A stretch of 64,000 bases of DNA, from NCBI GenBank assembly GCA_905235515.1, contig CAJOLV010000001.1, positions 2,170-66,169 of the forward strand. Reading direction: 5' to 3'. This stretch comes from an uncultured Bacilli bacterium (GTDB lineage: Bacteria; Bacillota_I; Bacilli_A; RFN20; CAG-826). Within the stretch, counting starts at the first letter, position 1; every line of letters starts with the position of its first letter. Shown one piece after another: positions 1-9,918 of the stretch. The position numbers were made by a program, and so were the translations under genes. Below the pieces are notes generated by a model. The model saw only the letters and a program-made list of their open reading frames with translations. It had not been told where the DNA came from and ran no database searches.

Positions 1-919
1 CGTATTCGTTCACCACATTACTAATTTCATTGAACGGCTTGCTATATTGAGTGGTGTAACTTAAGAAGGATGATAATTTACCAATAGACATTACTGCTAG
101 AACTAGAGCCAACTTAGGTTCATATGCGAGCATGATGATACCAGCAATACCGATTAATGCATAAATAGTGTTATTCACTAATCTTGTTGATGGATTGATC
201 CAAGACGCACTAAATAGAGCAACCTTGCCTTCTTTTCTTAATTCCTCGTTAACATCTTTAAATCGATTTAAAGCTTTTTGTTGATAATTTAAAGATTGTA
301 CAACATCAATATTTTGAATCGTTTCTAGAGAAATAGAATTTATAGATGCTTGTAGACCAGCTTGTTTTTTGAAGTGTTTATGATTGAACCTAGCGACAAA
401 TGAGGCCATTAAGATTGATAGTGGAGTTAAGACAATAACACCTATCGCTAAAATCCAGTTCACCATAAACATCATGACTATAGTGATGGCGACTGTAAAT
501 ACGCCTTGAATTAGAGTTTTAAAGACTGCAAATATACCAGTAGCGGTACTTTCCATATCTCTAATTTCTAGTTGTAATAAATCACCATGATATTTTTTAT
601 CAAAGTCTTTAATTGAGATGGAATTAATCTTATTAAAAATATCATTTCTCATCTTTTTAATCGAGTTTTGCGCGATTTTTCCTACAAGATATTCAAAAAA
701 GTAATCAAATACCGTTCCTAAAATTGCTAGTACAAGAGAGATAATTAAACAAGTATAAAACGCCTTGTTATCGTTATTTCTAGCGTAGTCTAAGGTGCGA
801 CCCAAAAGGAATGGTTGCCCCATTTGAGATATGACAAAAAGTAGACCAAAGATGGTGCTTATGATTAAGCGCATTTTTTGCTCTTTTAAATAGTGAAGAA
901 TTCTTTTCTTACTAGTCAT
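1..919 (-). CDS. ABC exporter permease/ATP-binding half (N-terminal part; runs off the window start)
   Basis: Not in the ORF track. ATG at 919, 2 nt after the upstream stop, reads MTSKKRILHYLKEQKMRLIISTIFGLLFVISQMGQPFLLG...WINPSTRLVNN...YSKPFNEIS and stays open to position 1. Typical ABC transmembrane type-1 domain, paired with 922-2748 as a heterodimeric exporter. Confidence 0.9.
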   Translation of the reverse strand, partial: MTSKKRILHYLKEQKMRLIISTIFGLLFVISQMGQPFLLGRTLDYARNNDNKAFYTCLIISLVLAILGTVFDYFFEYLVGKIAQNSIKKMRNDIFNKINSISIKDFDKKYHGDLLQLEIRDMESTATGIFAVFKTLIQGVFTVAITIVMMFMVNWILAIGVIVLTPLSILMASFVARFNHKHFKKQAGLQASINSISLETIQNIDVVQSLNYQQKALNRFKDVNEELRKEGKVALFSASWINPSTRLVNNTIYALIGIAGIIMLAYEPKLALVLAVMSIGKLSSFLSYTTQYSKPFNEISNVVNEY

Positions 920-921
920 AT

Positions 922-2748
922 CTATCCTTTCTTTATTTGTGATTCATATATCTCTTTATAGATTTGACAACTATTTAATAATTGTTGATGATTGCCCACT
1001 CCAACGATTTGTCCTCTATCTAAAAGGATGATTAAATCAGCGTCCGCGATAGTGGCCACTCTTTGGGAAACAATAATCTTTGTCATATCTTTTAATGAAG
1101 ATAATGTTGTTCTAATCTTCTTATCGGTTAATAAATCTAATGCAGATGTAGAATCATCTAATATTAAAACTTCTGGGTTTTTAATTAATCCTCTAGCAAT
1201 ACATAATCTTTGTTTTTGTCCACCAGAGAAGTTATTGCCACCCTCATTCACAATATAATTCTCATATTTACTGACAAACTCATATGCTTCCGCCTTTTTA
1301 AGAGCGTCGGTAATATCCTCATCACTAGCATTTGGATTGGCCATTAAGAAATTAGATTTAATTGTGCCTTTAAATAATGATGACTTTTGATTAACTAGTC
1401 CTATCTCATCTCTAAGTATTGTTAAATCATAATTCTTAATATTAATGCCTTTATAAATGACATCGCCTTGAGTGGTGTCATAGAATCTTTCAATTAAATT
1501 AATAACTGTTGATTTACCAGAACCGGTTCCACCAATAATACCTAATGTCTGTCCTTTTTCTACTTTAAAGTTAATATCTTTTAAAGCGTAATGATTGTTA
1601 TTCCCATTAAATGAGAAATAAACGTTTTTAAATTCTAAAATAGTGTTGCTATCTCCAATTTGATCACCACTTATTACAGATGTTTGATAATCGAGAACCT
1701 CATTAATTCTCTTACGAGAGACACCAGCTTTGATAATGTCTAAAAGAACTGGTGGTAATTGGCACACTGCAAAGAAGATTTGAGCGAGATACGCCATCTC
1801 GGCAATAATAGTGGAAGAGATAATTACCTTTTCTCCCTCATCACCATTTAATAATGTTTCTCGACATAAGAATATGATTGCAATAGTGATAACCGCAGTA
1901 ATCGCAAACACGACAGGATTAATTAATGAATTGAGCTTATGGACTTTAATAGATTTGGTTTCATATGTGGTCGTTAATTGTTCAAAAGATTTGTTTTCGT
2001 TTTCTTGATTGTTAAACGCTCTTATGACTCTCGCACCATTAATATCGTCTGTGCTCTTGGTCGATATGTCATCTAATGACGATTGTATTGAAACATATTG
2101 TCTTCCAGACTTTCTTAAAACAATAAAGAACACTAACCATATGATTGGAACAATAATAGTGAACGCAATACCAATTTTCCAATCGAGGATAAAAGAAAAC
2201 ACTAAAGCACCCAAAATAACAAATGGGGCTCTAGCAACTAATCTAACAAAGAATAAAACACCTTGCTGAACTTGATATGTATCACTATTTAATGTTGTTT
2301 GAAGTCTTCCAGAACCAAAATGGGAGCGGTCTTTCTTAGAAAGATTAATAATTTTATTAAATAGAGCCTCTCTAATTTCGCTTCCGACATTAGTCGCAGT
2401 TCTGGCAGCGATATATTGGGCGACCATTGTAATTACATAACCAACTATACCCATTACCAAGATAATGACCGCTCCAACAATCGCGTCACTTAATGATTGT
2501 TTAGAAGGAAACCAAGTATCAAATAATCTAATGAATTCCGCTAAGCGTTTTGAAAAGATGTTAGGAATAGACTCTGGATCTGAGTATTGGTTCAAATCAA
2601 TAATAGCCTTCATGAATAATGGGATGAGTAAATCAAAAAAAGCCTCAATCAACTTAAGTAGTGGACCGAGAGTCATCGCTATTAAATGCTTTTTATATGA
2701 ATCACCAACTCTTTTTATCACAATACGCATTGTACCATATGTGCACAT
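922..2748 (-). CDS. ABC exporter, fused TM + ATP-binding subunit
   Basis: Walker A GGTGSGKS, signature FSGGQKQR, Walker B LILDD, N-terminal TM helices. True start may be the ATG at 2730. Confidence 0.95.
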   Translation of the reverse strand: MCTYGTMRIVIKRVGDSYKKHLIAMTLGPLLKLIEAFFDLLIPLFMKAIIDLNQYSDPESIPNIFSKRLAEFIRLFDTWFPSKQSLSDAIVGAVIILVMGIVGYVITMVAQYIAARTATNVGSEIREALFNKIINLSKKDRSHFGSGRLQTTLNSDTYQVQQGVLFFVRLVARAPFVILGALVFSFILDWKIGIAFTIIVPIIWLVFFIVLRKSGRQYVSIQSSLDDISTKSTDDINGARVIRAFNNQENENKSFEQLTTTYETKSIKVHKLNSLINPVVFAITAVITIAIIFLCRETLLNGDEGEKVIISSTIIAEMAYLAQIFFAVCQLPPVLLDIIKAGVSRKRINEVLDYQTSVISGDQIGDSNTILEFKNVYFSFNGNNNHYALKDINFKVEKGQTLGIIGGTGSGKSTVINLIERFYDTTQGDVIYKGINIKNYDLTILRDEIGLVNQKSSLFKGTIKSNFLMANPNASDEDITDALKKAEAYEFVSKYENYIVNEGGNNFSGGQKQRLCIARGLIKNPEVLILDDSTSALDLLTDKKIRTTLSSLKDMTKIIVSQRVATIADADLIILLDRGQIVGVGNHQQLLNSCQIYKEIYESQIKKG

Positions 2749-2975
2749 TTTTGGCTAATCAAAATGTTTAGCCAAATAGAATGTGATATAATAATAAAAG
2801 AGTTGTTTGCTATCTGTAATATGGCTTTTTTAGAAATACTTAAGGAAGGGGTTAGAATACTTCAATTGAGAAAACCGATTTAAGAATAATTGTTTAAAAC
2901 ATTATATTTTCTAATCAAAAAAAACATTTGTATCATTTGGCAACATTTAAAAATAAACAGTAAAATAAGTTGGAT

Positions 2976-3869
2976 ATGAGTAACGCAATTAAATTAAAAC
3001 CAGCGATTAAAGATTATATTTGGGGTGGTACCTATTTTAAGCAATTTGGAAAAGGTAACACCGATATTGTCGCTGAATGTTGGGAACTTTCAGTGAGAGA
3101 TGATTTTAATTGTGTTCTCGCTGATAATGGAAAGCCTTTAAAAGAAATCTTAACCAAAGATATGATTGGCCCTAATAGCGATAGATTCCCATATTTTCCG
3201 TTATTAATAAAATTAATCGACGCAAAAGATAATCTATCTGTGCAAGTACATCCAAGTGATGATTATGCTTTAAAAAACGAACACTCATTTGGTAAAAGTG
3301 AGATGTGGCATATTATCAACGCTGATAAAGGCGCTGGATTATATGTTGGTTTCAAAAAAGACATTTGTCAAAGAGAAGTTAATCATAGATTAAAGGATGG
3401 CACAATATTAGAAGTGTTAAATTTTATGGAAGTTAAACCTGGAGATACGTATTTAATTAACCCTGGAACTATTCATGCGATTGGTAAAGGCGTTAGATTA
3501 ATTGAAATCCAACAAAATAGTGATTTAACTTATCGTTTATATGATTACAATCGTGTAGGCAAAGATGGACAACCGAGACCTCTCCACATTGAAAAAGCTT
3601 TAAAAGTTATTGACTACAAAAAATATCAATTATCTAAACCAAGTGGTGATATTTTAGCGGACAATCAATATTTCAAAGTATCAAGAAAAGAATTTGATGG
3701 TGAATTAGAGATTAAAGCTGACCAAGGTTCATTTGTTTCATTTACATTTATTGATGGTAGTGGACTAGTTGATAATATATCTTATCAAGTTTATGACACA
3801 TTCTTTTTACCTAATGGCAAATCATGTGTTGTTAAAGGCAAGGGAATTGTAATATTATCCAGAGTTTAA
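2976..3869 (+). CDS. manA: Mannose-6-phosphate isomerase, class I
   Basis: KDYIWGG, LLIKLIDAKDNLSVQVHP, GKSEMW, GTIHAIG, EIQQNSDLTYRLYDY motifs. Confidence 0.93.
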   Translation: MSNAIKLKPAIKDYIWGGTYFKQFGKGNTDIVAECWELSVRDDFNCVLADNGKPLKEILTKDMIGPNSDRFPYFPLLIKLIDAKDNLSVQVHPSDDYALKNEHSFGKSEMWHIINADKGAGLYVGFKKDICQREVNHRLKDGTILEVLNFMEVKPGDTYLINPGTIHAIGKGVRLIEIQQNSDLTYRLYDYNRVGKDGQPRPLHIEKALKVIDYKKYQLSKPSGDILADNQYFKVSRKEFDGELEIKADQGSFVSFTFIDGSGLVDNISYQVYDTFFLPNGKSCVVKGKGIVILSRV

Positions 3870-3870
3870 T

Positions 3871-4326
3871 ATGGGTGATTATTTAAAAGAACTTAGAGAA
3901 AAGACTAATCATATGACATTAGTGCTACCACATTCGGCAGTGCTTCTTTTTAACAATAAAGGTGAAGTACTTTTAGAAGAAAGAGCGGATGATGGATATT
4001 TTGATTTTCCAGGTGGCGGAATTGATTTAAAAGAAACTGCTGAAGAAGCCGCTGCGAGAGAATTAAAAGAAGAAACCGGACTAATAGCGTTAGAACTAGA
4101 ATTCTTTAAACTATATTCAGGCGAGATTACCTATTATAGATATTTCAATGGTGATGAAATCTATGGAGTGGATGCAGTTTATATTTGTCGTAAATATGAA
4201 GGAAAATTAAATCCTCAACTAGAAGAAGTTAGAGGACTAAAATTCTATAGATTGGATCTTATGCCAGACAAAATGTCACCACGTAACAAGCAAATCATAA
4301 AAGATTTAAAAAACATTCAAAAATAA
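3871..4326 (+). CDS. NUDIX hydrolase
   Basis: Nudix box GGGIDLKETAEEAAARELKEETGL. Confidence 0.92.
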   Translation: MGDYLKELREKTNHMTLVLPHSAVLLFNNKGEVLLEERADDGYFDFPGGGIDLKETAEEAAARELKEETGLIALELEFFKLYSGEITYYRYFNGDEIYGVDAVYICRKYEGKLNPQLEEVRGLKFYRLDLMPDKMSPRNKQIIKDLKNIQK

Positions 4327-4328
4327 TG

Positions 4329-4357
4329 AAAAACGCCGCAAAAACGGCGCGTTTTTT
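4329..4357. terminator. Intrinsic terminator, probably bidirectional
   Basis: A-tract, CGCCG/CGGCG stem and T-tract between convergent genes. Confidence 0.7.
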
Positions 4358-4491
4358 ATGAATTTGGTATTTCTATAGGTTGCTAATGCTTGTATTTAAT
4401 GCTTTTGGCATTTTATGTCCTTACAAATTATTCATTTTTATACTTTTGTAGTAGTAGCAAATCAAATAATACCTATGCTTAATTTTGTAAA

Positions 4492-5513
4492 TTACCAGCG
4501 ATTGTAGACTTTTTCAGCAAATCCTAAAATGTTTTCAAATTTGATTTCTTTTCCGTTAACTTTAAAGGTGCCACTAAAGAGGCCAAACACTTGATTTTGT
4601 TTGGATCTAATAATCAACACATTTGTGTCATCGTGTCTATTTAATATTGGCTTAAATGTTAAATCTATATCGCCTTTTTCAGATGTAAATTTCCATTCTC
4701 CTAAGAAGTCATCTTCTCCATTTTTATATGTTGGAATTTCAAATTTAACATCATCTAACTTATAAGCTTTGTCATCATAATAGAATATATTTTCAGTTCC
4801 ATTTAAATTATCGCCAAAGCCATAGCCTAGATTGAAACCAATGCGTTTACCTTTCACATAACCATTCATATTTGACCATAACCATGTGTTTTTATAGGTC
4901 CAAACGCCTCTACCCCAGTCTAATGTCGCTAATGAGTCTTCACCAAACTCATATTTATCATCGCCGATTTTGACATAACCAGTAGCTTTCATACCGTTAA
5001 TCTTTTGGTTGTAATAGAAATGTCTCTCTTTATCAAATGGGATAGCGACAACTATTGAATCTTTTTGTGTTTCTTCTAATACCACATCAGCGTACAAATA
5101 CTTTTTGCCTAGGAAATCTTTAATGTTTGCAATTAAATGTCTTTACCATTTTCATGTTTAAAAGATAATGAGAACTTCCTATTTTCAAACTCTACATTTC
5201 CTGAAGAGGAAGATGATGGAAGTCCTACTTTACCAAAGGTAAATGGTTTGATAACTGTCTTTGCTGGTTGCTTTTTATTTTCAAAATCTAAAAAAGTAAC
5301 ACTGCATAAAGCTAGAAATGATACATCGGAAATAGTTAAACAAAGACCATATTTAGAATTACCAATATAATAGTAATCCCATTCTTTGATTCTCCATTTC
5401 ATTCCTTTAATTTGTTTTCTTTCATATGTTTTAACTGGACATAGTGAAAAACCAGCTTCGTTTAAATCGCCTTGTTCATTTAATAATAGGCCGGGTGTTA
5501 ATTCATGTTTCAT
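4492..5513 (-). pseudogene. DUF2804 family protein split by a single-base frameshift
   Basis: ORFs 5133-5513 and 4492-5097 join into ~340 aa if one A is restored at 5142-5144 (GGT AAA [A]GA CAT TTA ATT...). Motifs IKEWDYY, FYYNQK, LDWGRGVW, GFAEKV. Confidence 0.8.
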
Positions 5514-5771
5514 ATAATCAGTTTATCACTTTTAATCACCGAAAATATTTGAGAATTGTTTTTAATAAAAAAAGTTAGTTTCGAGCTCCCGCCATTTTAG
5601 GCCGGCATATCCACTGACTATTATTTAAAAATAATAGAGTTGCCTTTTAAACATTTTTAAAAAAAGAAGCAACCATACAGATGCACAATTAAGTCCACTG
5701 GTTTACTTTTATAAATAAGACACTTAATTGCTATTTGCTATCAATTTGTTTTTGTGGATAATATATTTGCT

Positions 5772-7079
5772 ATGGGCAAATCTTTAGATATTCGAAAAGA
5801 TGTCGCAACAAGGAAATATAAAAAGCCTTTCTGGTTGTGGTATCTCATATATTATGTGATAGGAAGAACACACCTATTAGGTTCTAAATATCATCCTCAT
5901 TTAGAAATTATTGATAAGTTGCCAAAGAAAGGTCCTGCTTTTATTGTGTGGAATCATCAATCTAGAAGAGATCATACTTTCTTATGCACAGCAGCGTGGC
6001 CAAGAAAAATGAGTATTTTATGTGAATATAATGAATTCTTCCGCTCTCATTTACACTGGGCTTTTGCGAGAAATAAAATCTTACCTAAAAAGCCATTTGA
6101 TAATAGTGACTTTGTAGGTATGAAAGCCCTTAATAGTGTGATTATGCAAGGCGGAGTAGTGGCCATTTCTCCAGAAGGAAATTCCTCTAATTTTGGTAAC
6201 AATCAACCAGTCGCTTTAGGCACCGGAAAATTATTAAAACACTACAAAATCCCTGTCTTTATGATGAAATTGAAAGGAAGTTACCTCACTAACAATAAAA
6301 ATTTTGACGAGGATAGAATTGGTGAAGTATATGGTAAATTCTATAAGCTTTGGGATAAAGAAGATTTAGAACAATTGTCTGATTTAGAAATTGAAGACAA
6401 ACTCAATCAAGAATTCAAAATGGATGACTATGAGTGGAATAAAACCGCTCGTATCAAATATAAAGGTAAATCCGGTATGGCGGTTCATCTCGCTGACATG
6501 TGTTACAAATGTCCAAAGTGTGGTGAAGAATTCACAATGGTGTCAGAAAAAGATGATATTAAATGCACTAAATGTGGCAATGGGGCGACTTTAGATGAAT
6601 ATTATGATTTCCATCCATATGAAGGCTCAATTATTCCAGAATCACCATGTAAGTGGGTTTTAAACGAAAGAGCGGATATCATTAAAGAAATCAGAGAGAA
6701 TAATAATTATCGTTTTGAAACAGAAGTTGATTTAGGAATGTTGCCAAACGATCATTATCTAACCGACTATAAAACTAGTGAAAAAGTGGGTGAAGGTAAA
6801 TTAATCATTGACCATTCTGGTGTCCATTACGAAGGAACTAAAAATGGGGGACAATTTAGAATTGATTTGGACTATAAACAAATTTATACATTTAATGTTC
6901 CAGTCGATTTGAGTAAAATAGCAGTATATATCAAAAGCGAATACCATGAATTCGCTCCAAAGAATCGTTCTGCCGCCACTAAGGCTTTGCTCCTAGTGGA
7001 AGAAATGCATAGACTACATGTCAATGCATGGAAGAACTTCCCTTGGTTTGATTACCTATACGAACCATATAATAAATAA
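5772..7079 (+). CDS. Lysophospholipid acyltransferase family protein (PlsC-like) with a CxxC-x17-CxxC Zn-ribbon
   Basis: NHQSRRD (HxxxxD), ISPEGN, YKCPKC...KCTKC. ATG at 5772 is preferred over the GTG at 5754. Confidence 0.82.
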   Translation: MGKSLDIRKDVATRKYKKPFWLWYLIYYVIGRTHLLGSKYHPHLEIIDKLPKKGPAFIVWNHQSRRDHTFLCTAAWPRKMSILCEYNEFFRSHLHWAFARNKILPKKPFDNSDFVGMKALNSVIMQGGVVAISPEGNSSNFGNNQPVALGTGKLLKHYKIPVFMMKLKGSYLTNNKNFDEDRIGEVYGKFYKLWDKEDLEQLSDLEIEDKLNQEFKMDDYEWNKTARIKYKGKSGMAVHLADMCYKCPKCGEEFTMVSEKDDIKCTKCGNGATLDEYYDFHPYEGSIIPESPCKWVLNERADIIKEIRENNNYRFETEVDLGMLPNDHYLTDYKTSEKVGEGKLIIDHSGVHYEGTKNGGQFRIDLDYKQIYTFNVPVDLSKIAVYIKSEYHEFAPKNRSAATKALLLVEEMHRLHVNAWKNFPWFDYLYEPYNK

Positions 7080-7099
7080 GATTTGAAAGGATTATTAAA

Positions 7100-7336
7100 A
7101 TGGAAGACAAAGAAATTTTTGAAAAGTTAAAGAAACTTATTAGCCAATCAATGCCAGACGTTAATGTTAAAGATGTCACTTTAGAAACACGTTTATTAGA
7201 AGATTTAAAGTTTGATTCATTAGGCATGATGATGCTTGCGATGTCAATGGAAGACGAATTTGGCATTTCCTTTGATGAACCAGTCAACTTCTCAACCGTT
7301 AAAGATGTTTTAGATTTCATTAAAGCAAGACAATAA
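7100..7336 (+). CDS. acpP: Acyl carrier protein
   Basis: 78 aa, acidic, with the DLKFDSLGMM phosphopantetheine-Ser motif and SMEDEFGI. Confidence 0.9.
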   Translation: MEDKEIFEKLKKLISQSMPDVNVKDVTLETRLLEDLKFDSLGMMMLAMSMEDEFGISFDEPVNFSTVKDVLDFIKARQ

Positions 7337-7354
7337 TTTAAATTAAGCATTTTC

Positions 7355-7387
7355 ATAAATCGATCCTTCAAGGGTCGATTTATTTTT
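7355..7387 (+). terminator. Intrinsic terminator
   Basis: ATAAATCGATCC/GGGTCGATTTAT stem followed by a T-tract. Confidence 0.8.
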
Positions 7388-7510
7388 ACAAAAAAACTTG
7401 ATATATTCTTAAATGTAAATTAATAATTTAACGAATATCGTAGGTTATATATAAACAGCAGATGTAATAATCACTGTTGTTAAATATTAATCGTTATTTA
7501 TTTTACCGTT

Positions 7511-7987
7511 TTATTTAATTAAATCTTCTAATCTAACTTCACGTTTTCTAAACATGAGAATGTATAAATAGTAAATCAAACAATTGACAACTAGATAAAC
7601 TGCGACAGACAAAATAATGAGCATACTGGTTCTAATTGTGACATCATCATATCTCACAAAATATACGGAAATTCCCAGCGAAACTAGCCCAAATCCAATA
7701 AAATTGCCAACAATTACTGCAATTAAAGGCACGCTATTTAGCTTGCCATTATCATTAAAACCTATCTTATACAAATAGGATTCTTTTTTTCCACCTTTTA
7801 AGATAAATATCTCTTCAAATAGGAGGAAGAAAGTAGTGATGCCAAGAGTTAAAACATCCAAAAATAATTGTTTTCTCTCCACTTTAAGAACAACAACAAA
7901 AGCATATGCAATCATCCCTGCACTAATAAGTAAGATTAAACCCGCTAATAATCTATAGGTTAAATTCTTTCTGTCTTGAATGTTCAT
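7511..7987 (-). CDS. Four-TM hypothetical membrane protein
   Basis: 158 aa ORF with four hydrophobic segments; no family recognised. Confidence 0.7.
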   Translation of the reverse strand: MNIQDRKNLTYRLLAGLILLISAGMIAYAFVVVLKVERKQLFLDVLTLGITTFFLLFEEIFILKGGKKESYLYKIGFNDNGKLNSVPLIAVIVGNFIGFGLVSLGISVYFVRYDDVTIRTSMLIILSVAVYLVVNCLIYYLYILMFRKREVRLEDLIK

Positions 7988-8025
7988 GTTGATATTTTAC
8001 TACTAGTAAGATTAAAAATCACTCG

Positions 8026-8054
8026 TTGCATTAAAAAATTTATAGAAATATAAT
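8026..8054 (+). promoter_or_regulatory. SigmaA-type promoter of the maltodextrin ABC operon
   Basis: TTGCAT (8026-8031), 17 bp, TATAAT (8049-8054). Inverted repeat TGTTCT-N7-AGAACA at 8067-8085 just downstream. Confidence 0.75.
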
Positions 8055-8115
8055 TTTTATACAGAATGTTCTCGTCGGTAGAACACGAAATATTTTAGTA
8101 AAGTAGGGAAAGCTT

Positions 8116-9906
8116 ATGAAAAGAAAAGTTTTTAGTGCCTCCTTATTGTTGAGCATTGGCTTACTCGCTTTTGGTGTGACTGGTTTATCAGCCTGTTCAT
8201 CAATGCCTTCTGATATTCCAGATATCATGTTGGAAGCTTCAGAAATCAATATGAACATTGGTGAAACAAAGAAAATCAGTCTCAGTGTCCAAAAGGGATA
8301 TGCTGATTACCCAGTAAGATGGTTCTCTTCCAATGAAAACGTTGCTTATTTCAGAAACAAAAACGCTGGCTATGTGACCGCTGTTGGTGAAGGTAATGCT
8401 ACAATCACTGCCTCTATTGCTGGTGCTTTTGTTGATTGCAATGTTAATGTTTCTGATGATGGCGGTGACCCAAATGTTGCAAGATTTATTCTCAGTCCAT
8501 CAAGTGCGACATTAGGTGTTGGTGAAACCAAACAATTGAGCTACACAATAACTCCAGAAGGAACAACGATTGAATTCACATCTGATAATACAAACGTTGC
8601 AACAGTTTCATCTACAGGTTTAGTGACAGCTGTGGCAGCCGGAACATCAATCATTACTGGTTTTGCTTCTAATGGTATTACAAAATACTGCACGATTACC
8701 GTTACTGAAGAAGGTGGCGGCCAAGGTGGAGATTTAGATATTGGCGTCAGTGATAACTTGAAATACACTGGAACATTAACTGTTGGCGCTCCAGAAAAAC
8801 AAATGAGCTTTATGCAAGATCTCTTAAGAGATTTCAATAGATTAACCAATAGTAGTATTTCCTTCCAAGTCACACAAGTTGAAGAAGGTAAAGGTGCTGC
8901 TCAATTTGCTAGTGCAAAAGCTGCTCCAGCAATCTTCCCATACGCTTCTGACCAAATCGTTGACTTCCAAAACTTAGGTGCTTTAACACCTCTTCGCACT
9001 GAAAACGTGAAATGGATTGCTCAAAATATGCTTGCAGATGCCTCTACTGCTGCAAGAGTTGGCTCTTCAGTCTTAGGCTATCCATTCACATCCGACAATG
9101 GTGTTGTTATGTTCTATGACAACAGTGTAGTCAATGCCTCTGATATTGATACATTCTCAAAATTATGGGCAAAAGCTTCTGAATTAGATCTCGAAGTTGA
9201 CTTCAAGTTAACCGAAGGTTTCTACGCTGCTGGTGCGTTACATACCTATGCTGAAGGAAAATCACTTTACAAATTAACCGCTACAAATACTGGCTATAAA
9301 TCAAGTTCCACATTCAACGGAACCGAAGGTTTACAAGCCATTAAGACCGCTCATACATTATTAAAGAACAATGAAGAAACATTAAGATTTGGTGATGGTG
9401 CTCCATCTACCTCTGGTATCTTAGCAACAATCGTTGATACATCTTATGTCCAATCCTTCAAGACTTTAATGGGTAGCAAATATGCCGTTGCTCCACTCCC
9501 ATATGTTGATGACGCAAAGACAACAAGATTGGGATCCTATTTAGGCTATAAATTCTATGGCGTTAATGCCACACTTGATACAAATGCTAAGACCATGGCC
9601 CACGATGTTGCTAAATTCTTAGTTAGCTCTTATTCCCAAAGCAAGAGATACGAGACATTCCGCAGCAAACCAACCATGACAGCCTTACAATCTATTTGCG
9701 CTAATGAACCACACATCGCTGCATTGAACACACAAATCGCTGATAACTCCACAGTGTTATTAACCGCTGCTGGTAGTGAATTATGGTCAGCAACATCATC
9801 TGCTTTGCAGAAAGTTAATGAAAATACTTTCCCAGTTAGTCCAACAGATGATCAACTCAAAGCAGTTCTAGCCGAACTCGATGCTGTTTTGTCAGTTACA
9901 AAATAG
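8116..9906 (+). CDS. Maltose/maltodextrin-binding lipoprotein with two N-terminal Ig-like (Big_2) domains
   Basis: Lipobox GLSAC; two Big_2-like repeats (W/FxSSNxxVA...GxVTAVxxGxxxIT); C-terminal SBP with YPFTSDNGVVMFYD and GSYLGYKFYGVN; first gene of a MalEFGK-like operon. Confidence 0.85.
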   Translation: MKRKVFSASLLLSIGLLAFGVTGLSACSSMPSDIPDIMLEASEINMNIGETKKISLSVQKGYADYPVRWFSSNENVAYFRNKNAGYVTAVGEGNATITASIAGAFVDCNVNVSDDGGDPNVARFILSPSSATLGVGETKQLSYTITPEGTTIEFTSDNTNVATVSSTGLVTAVAAGTSIITGFASNGITKYCTITVTEEGGGQGGDLDIGVSDNLKYTGTLTVGAPEKQMSFMQDLLRDFNRLTNSSISFQVTQVEEGKGAAQFASAKAAPAIFPYASDQIVDFQNLGALTPLRTENVKWIAQNMLADASTAARVGSSVLGYPFTSDNGVVMFYDNSVVNASDIDTFSKLWAKASELDLEVDFKLTEGFYAAGALHTYAEGKSLYKLTATNTGYKSSSTFNGTEGLQAIKTAHTLLKNNEETLRFGDGAPSTSGILATIVDTSYVQSFKTLMGSKYAVAPLPYVDDAKTTRLGSYLGYKFYGVNATLDTNAKTMAHDVAKFLVSSYSQSKRYETFRSKPTMTALQSICANEPHIAALNTQIADNSTVLLTAAGSELWSATSSALQKVNENTFPVSPTDDQLKAVLAELDAVLSVTK

Positions 9907-9918
9907 ACGGAGAAAGAT

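Noticed and set aside
5133-5150. Programmed -1 frameshift in the DUF2804 gene
   Set aside because: GGT AAA GAC is not an X XXY YYZ slippery site and re-pairing in the -1 frame is poor; an indel is simpler.
5600-5610. GGCCGGCAT resembles the start of an HDV-like ribozyme
   Set aside because: No complementary P1 3' strand or nested pseudoknot follows.
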